Positions 52,663-64,000 of a stretch of 64,000 bases of DNA are shown piece by piece. The DNA comes from Octopus vulgaris (lineage: Eukaryota): the NCBI GenBank assembly GCA_951406725.2, contig OX597829.1, positions 9,300,001 through 9,364,000 of the forward strand. Reading direction: 5' to 3'. The position numbers and the translations under genes are program-made. Position 1 is the first letter of the stretch. The number at the start of each line of letters is the position of its first letter. Below the pieces are notes generated by a model. That model made no database searches. It was not told the origin of the DNA and saw only the letters and a program-made list of their open reading frames with translations.

Positions 52663-54639
52663 CCCTCTCTGTCTGTTTTCCGTTTGTTTGTGCATTTATT
52701 ATATATTTTGAACTCATTACATATATAGTTATATATATATATATATATATATATATAGCAATAAGAAAATAGAGAGGATCAATAGGTTCATCAACTTTCA
52801 GACATTATATTACGTTAACTTATTTATTTATTTACTAAACTGATAATTACAAAAATATACATACATACATACATACATACATACATACATACATACATAC
52901 ATACATACATACATACATACATACGTACATATAACATATTATGCTTTACATATAAGATATAAAATATAGTAATATATTAGGATACCTGTAATTATTATAA
53001 AATAACAAACATGAATATAAATTGGGAAAAGATATATATATGTATATATGTGTGTATGTATGTATGTATGTATGTATGTATGTATGTATGTATGTATGTA
53101 TGTATGTATGTATGTATGTATGTATGTATGTATGTATGTATGTATGTATGTATGTATGTATAATATTACAATGTCGTAAAATAAACTACGAATCTTGTTA
53201 GATACAGCTATACAGGGTTTCCTGCTCGAAATCCTAATTTATTTCGCCATTTTTCAAGCTGAGAAGACCGTTTGTGTATACGTTCTTTTTCTTGGCTTGT
53301 TTTCGTGAGCGAATTTTATGCAGAGTAAAGTCCTTGTCAGCTGCAGGCTTGTTCATATTGAATACGTTTCTTTTCCTGATATATATTTTGCAGTCATATT
53401 TAACCCTCAATAAACGAAAACTACAACATTAACATATAAAAGTTTGATAGATCTAAACGTTAGCGTTGGACGTTAACAGCCAGGTGTGTAATCGACATGT
53501 TGGACGTTACTCACCCATGTCCTCAGATATAATCTCAAGGGACTTGTGTATGGCATCCTACAACCGTGTGATATCCAGCAGCTATGGCCATCCCATCTTA
53601 AATATTTGACCACGTACGTTTTTTTTAGAATATCTAGTTGGAAGATACTTGTTTTGATCGAAGATTAAAAATTATTTTATTTGGATACATTTTAATCGAA
53701 TCCATCACACTAAATTACCCAAAAGCAAAATGAGAAAACCTGGAAAATGATAATGCAACCAAATCAGAAGCAGAAGTGACAAGCATAAATCAAACAAGAA
53801 AAATATAATAACTGTAGAAACATATGAATATGGAACTGACACATTCAAAATGAACAGAAAACTCAACACCGCTAAAAATTTGAATTACTATAGACTAATG
53901 ACCGAAAAACAAATGGACGGGAATAACAGGACGGTAAAGACTGAAAGAACGCCTAAAACAAGTGACATTCGCTAATTCCCATATAATCTGTTGGTTTGAG
54001 AAGCAACAATGATTCCACGAACAAACGCTTCAAACGATTTTCTCAAGAACCATGAAAAATAACGTAGAAATTAATGCAATACTAACTGCACGAGAAATGG
54101 AAGAATTTGGAGAAAGGTTTGTGCAGCAAAGGAATCTCCACGGACGCAAAAGTTCAAAACAGCAGAGATGGCCTTTCCATTGTGGAGATGTTACAAACAA
54201 TAAACAACTAGAAGGTATCAAGGCGTGATAAGATTCTACACAATTTAATAAAATGCTGAAAGAGCGGTAGAAAAAAACCCCCATCTAATTGGTTCACTGA
54301 GGTGAAGAGACCCTTCGAAATCAATCAGACAACATAAAGTGAACCTTTAAAACCTCGAGTGCCTTAGAAAGCCTTATCAGTGCAATATTACTGAGATCAA
54401 AATACAACAGAAGGGGGAAGGGATTAGTTTTCCATTAAATGGATGATGGTGTTCTCATCACTTGTTGATTCTAGAAACATTAGCGGCATCGTTAGGATAG
54501 AACCACAAGCAAGCAGATACATTTAACTTGTCACGAAGAGATAGAGAAAAAGTCCGTAGACACAGAAAAAAAGTGGGGAATTATAAACTAATTCAAACTC
54601 TATTAGAACTGAAATGTGTCAAGAGGAGTATTTCTCTTC

Positions 54640-54743
<104 letters not shown>

Positions 54744-55131
54744 ATATATCTATCTATCTATCTATCTTTCTATCTATCCTTCTTCAAGTACCACTTGAAA
54801 AGGAAAGACATTGAGCATAATCCTATGAACCCAGAAATTGAAAACAGAGGGTTACCCACTTGCAAACAAATGTGGTAACATATAACAATATTGACACGAT
54901 CCCTATTGATCGTATTTTTTTCCTCTTCCCCTTTTTTCCCCCTTTTTCTTCCTTTTTCATTTCTCTTTTCTTTTTGATCCTTTGCCTTTTCTTTTTTTTT
55001 GTTCTTTTTATTCTTTTTATTTTTTATTTTATTTATTTATTATTATTTTTTTTCTTTTGTTTTATTGTTTTTTCATCCCCCAAAAGAAAAGCTCTACCTT
55101 GTAACTTGTCCCATCTGTGTGCAGCCCTGTG

Positions 55132-55250
<119 letters not shown>

Positions 55251-55719
55251 TCCTTTCGTTTTCTGTTTGGAGTCAACACCTTTAACCATCATGTTAAACT
55301 AGACTGGTATTTGGTATAAATATTTTGGGAGGACAATGCACCATATTCTGGAAATCCAGAGTACGTCTATGAAGATGTAGTCATCTTCTCATAGAATCGT
55401 GTCCTTGGGCGTACTGATGTATGTTCAACACAGTATTAACATCGGATGCCATATTTCCCGCTAACATTCAATATTCTCAAAATATACAATGACGTAATTT
55501 CTCTCTTACCACATAATTGATAACTTGATCCAGATGACACATGATAATTCCGTAAATAACTCCACGAATAACTTCACAAATTAGATGTATTCGGACACTG
55601 AACGAGTGCTTTGAGAAACGTTTCTCGATTTACAGTTCCATAATCCATGAATGCAAAGTCCTCCTAAAAGACACTTTATCTCGTTTTTATGATACTCTAT
55701 GTTAATAATTTAATAATAT

Positions 55720-56900
55720 TCTAGATCAGAATAATATTTAAGATGATGAAAACAAAGTGAGCTCAAAGATAGAACACAATATTTTCAGCACCATAATAAA
55801 ACTAAAGAAAACAAAAATAAAATTTCTTGATTCAAAACATGTAGGGTACCTTCATTTTAAATGTGGCATCCAACAACGTAACAAGCTAAAAAATTCAGAA
55901 ACATTTCCCACACAAGCATTCTTACCACAAAACTTTCTTTATAGCATAATCAGAGTTTCCAATTTGGACAATGAAATAGATGCCAACAACTTACTCGTTA
56001 TCCCACTCATCGGAATATTGCAATACTCATTAAAGTAACCTTATTCTGCAACATAAAAAAGTAATTCATTGGACTAGAAAGACATCACCCACCAAACACA
56101 TTTTTACAAGTAGCTATATCACAAACAACAAATATGTTTGTTTTTAGCCACTGCTTTTCATATGCTGTCACTATTTCAATATATGAAGTAACTAAATGGA
56201 CATTGTTTACGTCCATGTAAATCCGAGACACTTGTGTCTCTTCTCCGTGCTGATCATACTCCTAATTCCCCTCCAGGAATATAATCTCCTGGAAGTCGCT
56301 CAACACTCACCTTTTCTAATAAAGGGAATTACTGTGTCTCTATTAAAAAAAGTCAGTAAACTTTCTAGACATAAGTTTAGACTTAAAGATTGGTAAATAT
56401 CATCCTTACAGGAAATTTTTAAAACAATTACATTTAACATATATATTCTATACACACTAATGATAAAGAATGTTAAAGATTAATAACCTTTTGATAAAGT
56501 TCTAGAATATTACAATGATGATTAAAGCAAAGCGGGCTCAAAGAAAGAACACAATATTTCCAGTATCATAATAATATGAAAGAAAACAAAAATATAACAG
56601 GACATCTCAGAAACTCAAAGCACTTCCCACACAAGCATTCTTACCACAAAACTTTCAGTTACAGTTATACCAGAGATGTGGCTATTACAACAGCTAGGAA
56701 AAATAAATAAATGAAATATTCCACACTGACGAAATGTAACCTATATTGGATTATGTGAAGGAGAATTTAAAAATCGCTATGCCAATCACATAGCCTCCTT
56801 CTGACGTAAAGATAAGTTTGGCTAGATACGTATGGAATTTGAAAGATAACGAAGCACCACATGTGATTAAGTGGATAATAATTGAGAAATACATACGTAA
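55720..56900 (+). mobile_element. Scrambled, decayed Penelope-like fragments (RT thumb, duplicated post-RT segment, GIY-YIG)
   Basis: VNFLDISLDLKIGKYHPYRK (~56356-56415); KHFPHKHSYHKTF twice (~55900, ~56620); YIGLCEGEFKNRYANH and SLARYVWNLK (~56740-56850). Confidence 0.8.
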
Positions 56901-57031
56901 TAATCTGGTGTAGGACTCAATACACGTATGCTTCAGAACGAAGTTGTTAAAGGAGTATAGAACGGAAATAAGAGAAGAAATAAGAAAATGAGATGACAAA
57001 AAGAATAAATGATTATACTATGTACTTTATT

Positions 57032-57112
57032 AGCTCACAGCTGTGTCTGCTACAAGATGCAGTGCACTCATGGTCGAGGACCTGAGTAACACCTTGTAGC
57101 TTCATCAGAGCC
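57032..57112 (-). ncRNA. Inactivated type I hammerhead
   Basis: ggcu-CUGAUGA-a-gcuacaag...cuuguagc-a-GACA-cagcug-UG-agcu; GAAA and the H17 position are mutated. Confidence 0.6.
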
Positions 57113-57169
57113 TGGCGTCAAATTTCAGTATTTTTCTCTTTATTTTTATCTTAACGCAATATTCTTTTG

Positions 57170-57545
57170 GCTATGCGTTCTGAGTCCAAGTTCTGCCGAG
57201 GTTGACCATGTCATTCATCCCTTCAGGATCAAAGTATTAGTAGTTGAGCAGTGGGGTGGGAGTATCAATGTATCTTGCACCGTCCCCAAATTTCAAGTTT
57301 TGCGTCTATTGTCGAATAAATTATTAACTCACTACAAGGCAGATAGCTGGCCGAATCGTTAGCACTCCTGACAAAAGTCTTAGTTTTATAATCTGAGTTA
57401 ATATTACACGGGGGTCGACTTTCCTTTTCATTATTTCAGGAGAAAAAATTAAGTACCAGTTGATCACTGGGGTCGATATAATCAACTAGTCTCGCCCCCC
57501 CCCACACACAAATCCAAGACCTTGTCCCAGTAGTAGTTAGAATTA
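57170..57545 (+). mobile_element. Two diverged SINE family B copies
   Basis: cgttctgagtccaagttctgccgaggttgac...; ggcagatagctggccgaatcgttagcac...aagtaccagttgatcactggggtcgat. Confidence 0.75.
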
Positions 57546-57811
57546 ATGCAATGTCATGCACTGTAAATTCTTTCGTCGCAAACTCTTAGACACACAGACG
57601 CATTCCAAACACGGATGCATTTCACAGACACGCATATATACTCATATAATGACATGGCTCGCACAGTTCATGATATTGTGTGTCTACGATTATTGAGGAT
57701 ATTCCACTGATATTATCGTCAGGACATCAAATAGATAACAGTGCATTATTAGCTTATAAAAGACATTTATTAGCATGTAGCAATAAAAAGAAAACCTGCG
57801 AGTAAATAGTC

Positions 57812-57849
<38 letters not shown>

Positions 57850-58473
57850 TGTTTATTTATTTATTTTATTCCTTTTGTAATTATAGAATCAGTCTGGAAA
57901 TTTCGCAGTTTTAGTATTGGTTCGGGAGTGTGAATAAAAGAGTGAAAATTTCGTAAGCGTGAAAAAAAAAAGAAAAGAAAAAGAAAGGGAAATAAATGAA
58001 TAAAAAAAATTCAAAGAAAAGATTTAATCGTTTACGAATTATAGAAAAATCCATAAATAGATTATAGATATAAAGCAATAACGGAATACATATCAAGTCA
58101 ACCCAACATTATCGCAGAACTATCTATGTCATTGGAGAACACTCAATAATCAGGAAGCATGAAAGGGAGGGAGGTTTCTTCAAAAATTCAAATGACGGGG
58201 ACATAAGGGTGAGGCTGGGTGAGGAGGGATGATGTCTGGCTACCTGACTGAGATATTGGACAAATGTGTTGTAGTCAGACAATTGCAGATTTCTAACAAA
58301 GAGACGGTGAGACGGAATCGTAGGTACCAACGCGCTGACAAAGAGACAATCAGACAAATTCATCCCCGTACAAATGCAAAGGCGAATAGACAAACAGAGA
58401 GGCAGAAAAGCAAGTACATATACACGAAGCATTAATTTCCGATACACTATTGGTCGATTTATATGTATAACTT

Positions 58474-58566
<93 letters not shown>

Positions 58567-58606
58567 AAATCTATCTATCTCTCTATCTATCCATCCATCA
58601 TCATCC

Positions 58607-58649
<43 letters not shown>

Positions 58650-59348
58650 CATCTATCTATCTGTCTCTCTCTCTCTCTCCCTCTCTATCTGTCTCCCTCC
58701 CTCTCTCTCTCTATCTGTTTATCTATCTCTCTACATACATACATATATGTATGTATGTGTGACACTGAAACATATATGTGTGTGTGTGTATGTGTACATG
58801 TGTGTGTGTGTGGGTGTGTATGTGTAAAGGTAGGATCCAACGATCAAGGTGTAAGAACTTGGTGAGCTTCAAGCAATCTGTGAAACAGATAAGAAAACAT
58901 CTTTTAGGAACAGCAGTGGCTCATTGCCGCAGATGGTTGTAAATGTTACTCTTATCCAAGTAAGCTGGGAAAAGTTAATGCCATAGTTCACGGTTAGCAA
59001 CAGGGGTTGTTTGATATGCGAATCAACATTAAAAAATTGAGGAATGAATTGAAATAAAATCCAGGCTACATATGTTTTATAGCTAGGGAACCTCGGAAGT
59101 AGGAAATTATCCAAATGAAGGTTAGACCGGAAGCTACTCTTCAAGACAATGATACCTTGTTTATATAAAGTTCATATTGTCGTTAAGAGATACCGTGTTA
59201 ACTCGTTAAGAATTCGATCGAAATGTTAAAATACCCTTCACCTGAAGTGTAGTTTGCGGTCCACCCCTCGTTTGGATAATTTACTACTTTCGGGGCTCCA
59301 TTAGGCATGAAACATATGTAGTCTGGATTTTATCAACTTCATTCTCTA

Positions 59349-59390
<42 letters not shown>

Positions 59391-59399
59391 ATGGGGGGG

Positions 59400-60150
59400 G
59401 GGGGGGAGAATTCACAAAAAAACAAAACAAAAGACAAAGATAGGTGATGTAAACAACAAACAGATGTATTAGTATAACGCTCGGGAAGTGAAAAAGTCTT
59501 TAATGTTTCGAGCCTACGCTCTTCCACAGAAAGGAACAGGGAGAGAAAATAAAGAATATGTAGTCGAGAGGAAGAGGAAGAGAATGTGAGAGGAAGAGAG
59601 GAGAAGGGAGGGGGGTTAAATGAAGAGGGGAGGAGAGTTGAGCCCATGTGGTGCAAAGGAGCGAAGAGATAAGATTAATCCCTGTTCACTGCGAAGATGG
59701 GAGTCCAGATGGCCCCTGTTCAAGGACAATCCGAACACAGACAGATGTTGCAAAGAGTGACCGGTAGAGCGGAAATGGTGCGAGACCGAGGTGTTATTGC
59801 CGAGTCGGATGTCTCGGAGGTGTTCGGCGAACCGGTCAACCAAGCGGCGTCCCGTTTGCCCGATGTATAGAGAAGGGCAGAGAGAGCAGGAGATGCATTA
59901 GATGACATTGGTAGAAGTGAAGGTGAAGGAGTCGGTGATATGATAGGGTCGATGATGGGTGCCGGTGAGGAGGGTGGTGTTGGAGCGATAATGACAAGTG
60001 CGGCACCATGGGTGGGAGCAGAGGAACGAGCCAGGCTGGGAGGTTGTGTTAGGGAAGAAGCTGTGGACCAAGAGGTCTTGTAGGTTGTGGACCCGTTTGA
60101 AGGAGGGTAGGGGTCGGCTAGGGAAGATGTGAGAAGTGGAGGGGTCGGAC
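59400..60150 (-). mobile_element. Penelope-like element 3' end: Cys/His motif + GIY-YIG endonuclease + pseudo-LTR with degenerate hammerhead (59498-59533)
   Basis: Minus-strand CRTCHY, NVI*CISCSLCPSLYIGQTGRRLVDRFAEH, VSHHF, PHGLN; then cuuu-CUGUGGA-a-gagc(guag)gcuc-GAAA-ca-UU-aaag. Confidence 0.9.
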
Positions 60151-60162
60151 TGAATTTATATA

Positions 60163-60659
60163 TATGAGCAAAATTTAGGTTGGTTGAAATATGCTTGTCA
60201 CATATTTGAACTGCTAAAAGCAAAGTACTGTGGAGAGTATATATAATTTATATCAAAAATCTGTGAAAACACTCGATTCGTTCAGTGTCGCCATCTGTTA
60301 GGAATCCCAGACAACGATGCTTCAAGCTAAACATGTTTAGCACTAGCACTTAGTTATTTTCCTCGATCAGGCGATTTATTACCGCAAATCAGTCAACGTG
60401 TTCACTGAATCATACATAAAGCTTTATAAGTTCTTTCAGAGTTGTCTCTCTTAGCTACATTTCATCGAAAAGAGCCAAGAAGCTTGATATATCGATGTCT
60501 GAGATTCCTAATAGATGGCGACACTGAACAAATAGTGTGTTTTCACACCTTTTTACCATAAGAGAGATTTATTCTTCGTGGTAACTGCAGTGTATTTGCC
60601 TTTCAGCTGTTGAAATATGTGACAAAAACATAGTTCAGCTAGCTTAAATTCTGGCCATA
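60163..60659. mobile_element. MITE-like element with ~170-bp imperfect TIRs
   Basis: ttgtcacatattt...ttcagtgtcgccatctgttaggaatc / gattcctaatagatggcgacactgaa...aaatatgtgacaa; TA ends. Confidence 0.78.
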
Positions 60660-60719
60660 CCTAAACACTGCTTAGCGCTAACGCCTCATCATATCTATAT
60701 GTATATATATATATATATA

Positions 60720-62265
60720 CTAGCAGAGATACCCGGCGTTGCCCGTGTCACATGCAATTCAAGAATTAGTCTTTTCTGTTATATTTTCTGCAATGAACTG
60801 GAAAATCTATGTTTCGAATTTCATCAAATTTGCAGATGAGGGTTATTTCCCTCTTTACACACCCAAGAAAAATTGTAATCGTGCCACATGTATCCAATAC
60901 CACTGAATTCCAAAATTCCAGTCTTATAGAACCTGTTAAAAGGATTTTGCTCCTGAAAAATGAAGGTCATGGAGCTCTAAAATGTGAGAGTTAAGGCCCC
61001 AAGAAGAGAAGTTGAATTGTTGAGAATCTTTTTAACTTGGAACTTATATCTATTGTTTGAATTTCTTCGAAATAGGAAATATATGTTCACTGGGTTTGTA
61101 AAAGAGAGCAAAGCTACAGGAAACCAAAAGACGAATAAGCAGTCAGCTACCCTACCCCAGTCGTTACCACTCCCAATGTAGGATTCCTCACCATCCAGGT
61201 GACAAATCTATAGCAATCGGAAGGGCGTGACCCAACTGAAATAAACGTTAACAACTGTGTGACGTGAGGGTTAAGGAGAAATTAAAGTGTCACCTCTGGA
61301 GTTTGCAAAGGACCACTATACTGATACGTAACTGGACAGAATAAATTTACAATCTATAAATGTCCTTGAATAACCAGTCACTCATCTGGGAAGGCCTTGA
61401 AATCAATGTTACCATCTGGGAACTATGTGTGACCCAGTGACAATAAAATGTCTGAAAGGAGGTCTGCAATCAAATAACTTTACTCAACACTTTGCAACTG
61501 ATCAGTGGAGTCAAAGATGCCTCTCATTTACTTGACGATTTATGCAGCACATTGCAGAAATCACAATGTAAGTATATGTCAAAGCAAACTGTTACACTGT
61601 TGTACCATTGAATTACATCTTTTATGCTTGGGTGACTACTGTATTCGTCTTTGCTTAGATGAAATGAGTAAATTGTGGGTGTTAAGTCCCCATGAAGGGG
61701 TCTTTCTAACTTGTAAAAAGATGAAATTTTATATATATTACTTCATTTGTGTCTAATATCAACGCAAAAATATATGAATTGCCATGGGGTTATGGCCTTT
61801 ATGCTTAAAATATAATTTCCAAATTTTGTAAAGATCCATTCAGTACTTTTGATCTAGTCATAAAAGAAATGACTAAAATTTGGGAGTTAAGGACCCCATT
61901 AGGGTGTCTTAGAATCTTCATGTGAAGTGGAAACTTTGAGAATACTTCTTGATGTGTGTGGTTGAAATTTCATCAACATCGAAAATTTATGAATTTTCAT
62001 GGGGGTTCTGTCCCCTTTAAGCCATCTGAAATTCAAACCAAACATATTGCATTATACGCGCCCTTATGCATTGAATCTAAGTTCCAAATATCATAAGGAT
62101 CCATTCCGTAATTTTGATCCATGAAATTGTATGAAGCACACAGTATTACTCTTCTCCTTATGCTTGAATTTTGTGTTCCAAATTTCATTATGATCGGTAC
62201 AGCAGTTTTCGAATGTATAAGTAACACACGAACACACATTAAGACATTGACTTTGATATAATAGA
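60720..62265 (-). mobile_element. Longer non-autonomous Helitron-like element
   Basis: Minus-strand a|TCtattatatc 5' end and cgggcaacgccggg hairpin + CTAG|t 3' end. Confidence 0.65.
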
Positions 62266-62316
62266 TATGAATATGCACATATACATACATGTATATATAT
62301 ATATATGTGTGTGTGT

Positions 62317-62370
<54 letters not shown>

Positions 62371-62469
62371 ACACACACACATATATATATATATACACAC
62401 ACACACAAAGATAAATTGATAGATACAACTGAGTGGGGAAACAAAAATATGAGACGCAGCCTAGCGCTT

Positions 62470-62797
62470 TTTTATGTTGATAAGCCTGGTACTTATTCTA
62501 TTAGTTTCTTCTTGTGAAACCAGTAAGTTATGGGGACGTAAGTAAATGAACTGCAGTTGTGAAGCTGTGATGAGGGTGAAACACAGAGACAAAGGCACAC
62601 ATATACACTTACATATATACATACATATATATGCGAGTGATTTCTTTCAGTTTCTCTCTACAAAATCCCCTGACAAGTCTTTGGCTGATCTGAGGCTATA
62701 GCAGAAGACACATGCCAAGTCACCACACAGTGGAACTGAACCTGGGACCATGTGTTTTGGAAGCAAGTTTGTTACCACACAGCCACACCTGCACCTA
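62470..62797 (-). mobile_element. SINE family A, diverged copy
   Basis: taagcctggtacttattcta...gaggctatagcagaagacac...ttaccacacagccacacctgcacct. Confidence 0.82.
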
Positions 62798-62816
62798 TGT
62801 ATATGTGTGTGTGTGA

Positions 62817-62910
<94 letters not shown>

Positions 62911-64000
62911 TGAGAAAGAGTGAGAGAGAGAGACGTATGCACTAGTACAAATTCACTCATATTAACATTTACTGGACAGCAGATATGATATCTTAATTCC
63001 AGATAGAGAGGAGGGTGACACAAGGGTGTGAGAGTAACCACACATCACTGCCTTTCGTCAGTTTTCTGTTGAAATTGATGCATCATGGACGACTGCTATT
63101 GTTCCCTGGCTTTTGAATTACAAAGAAGCTGTGAATTTACACGGCCAGCTTTCAAATATTGTTGGGGAATCAACTGTTTCTGTGAGGACAAAGAAATCTG
63201 AACACGACCCCTTTTTGCTCACGTCATTTTTCTTGCAAGTGGTGACTACACATGTTCATATTAATATCAGTTTTGTCTCTGAAAAGTTGAAACCAGATGT
63301 AGAGTTGTGTAGTCGAGTCTGTAAAAGTGGGAAGCGAGGTTCAATAGGACTCTGTCCAGGGATTTTTCCTGTATAACAGAAGCAAAATTTTAGAAGCCAA
63401 AATCTACAGTTGTTACAATCTCATCATTCCCATGGTCATTAATAAAGACTGTAACTCTGAGATTGCCTGGAATTTCATATCCTATTCGAATTAGTAGAAA
63501 TTGGATGATTATTTTATGAAAATGATTGTCTATATGGTTTTCCTAATATGGAATTATATTATCAGAGATATCGATATAATTATACACATTCAGACGGGGA
63601 ATGTTTGTATGCTGCATCATGCTGACGTCGACCCTCTACTTTGCAATTATAATACGCAACGTTATGCTTGATAGACTAGCCAAGTGGAGAGAATGCTTGT
63701 CCACAGGATATTCAAAAATATGTTTTGCTTTCACGGCGTACAAAAGTAACAAACGAAACCGTTGAACGGTTTCCATGAAGGAAATTTGGTAAAGAGCTGG
63801 ACTTGTTAGTTTGTAACAGGTATATGATGGAAAAAGATTTATGATAAGACCTAACAGTAGATACCACTGGAACCCGATGCGTAGATGTAGAAAACCTCAA
63901 GAAGCAACCAACACAATGATACATTATACTCGAGGACACAAATGACCAAACTGCAGAGAAATTTGTGTATACCGCATCGTAATATATAATCAAAACACCG

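Noticed and set aside
53205-53261. Minus-strand cagc-UUGAAAA...GAAA...UA-gcug motif
   Set aside because: Stem II base and stem III do not pair cleanly; kept only as a weak candidate
53730-54560. Possible further Penelope RT relic (MDDGVLI, LSRRDREKVR)
   Set aside because: Too degraded to call by eye
55720-56660. Diverged ~200-bp duplication as a novel repeat
   Set aside because: Both copies translate to the Penelope HFP..H.YHK.F region, so the Penelope relic explains it

Overview
AT-rich, microsatellite-saturated animal genomic DNA. The tRNA-derived SINE families and (TA)n/(CA)n/(TATC)n content look like an octopus/coleoid cephalopod genome (inference). I see no intact host gene or convincing exon; almost all listed ORFs are translations of simple repeats. 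The window is a mosaic of decayed mobile elements: Penelope-like retroelements (RT, GIY-YIG and pseudo-LTR pieces), R4/Dong-like and RTE-like LINE fragments, Tc1/mariner relics, non-autonomous Helitrons, MITEs and SINEs. The main signal is at the RNA level. First, there are about ten minimal type I hammerhead ribozyme motifs in Penelope-type terminal repeats, with the core 3-8 pair present as C-G, U-A and G-C. Second, five copies at four loci, in three dissimilar sequence families, contain all hammerhead core elements and covarying stems, but in a non-circularly permuted order (IV'-II-V'-III'-UH-I-II'-GAAA-III-V-I'-CUGANGA-IV). One of these families sits in LTR-like direct repeats resembling a retrozyme. 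All ribozyme calls were folded by eye and are untested.
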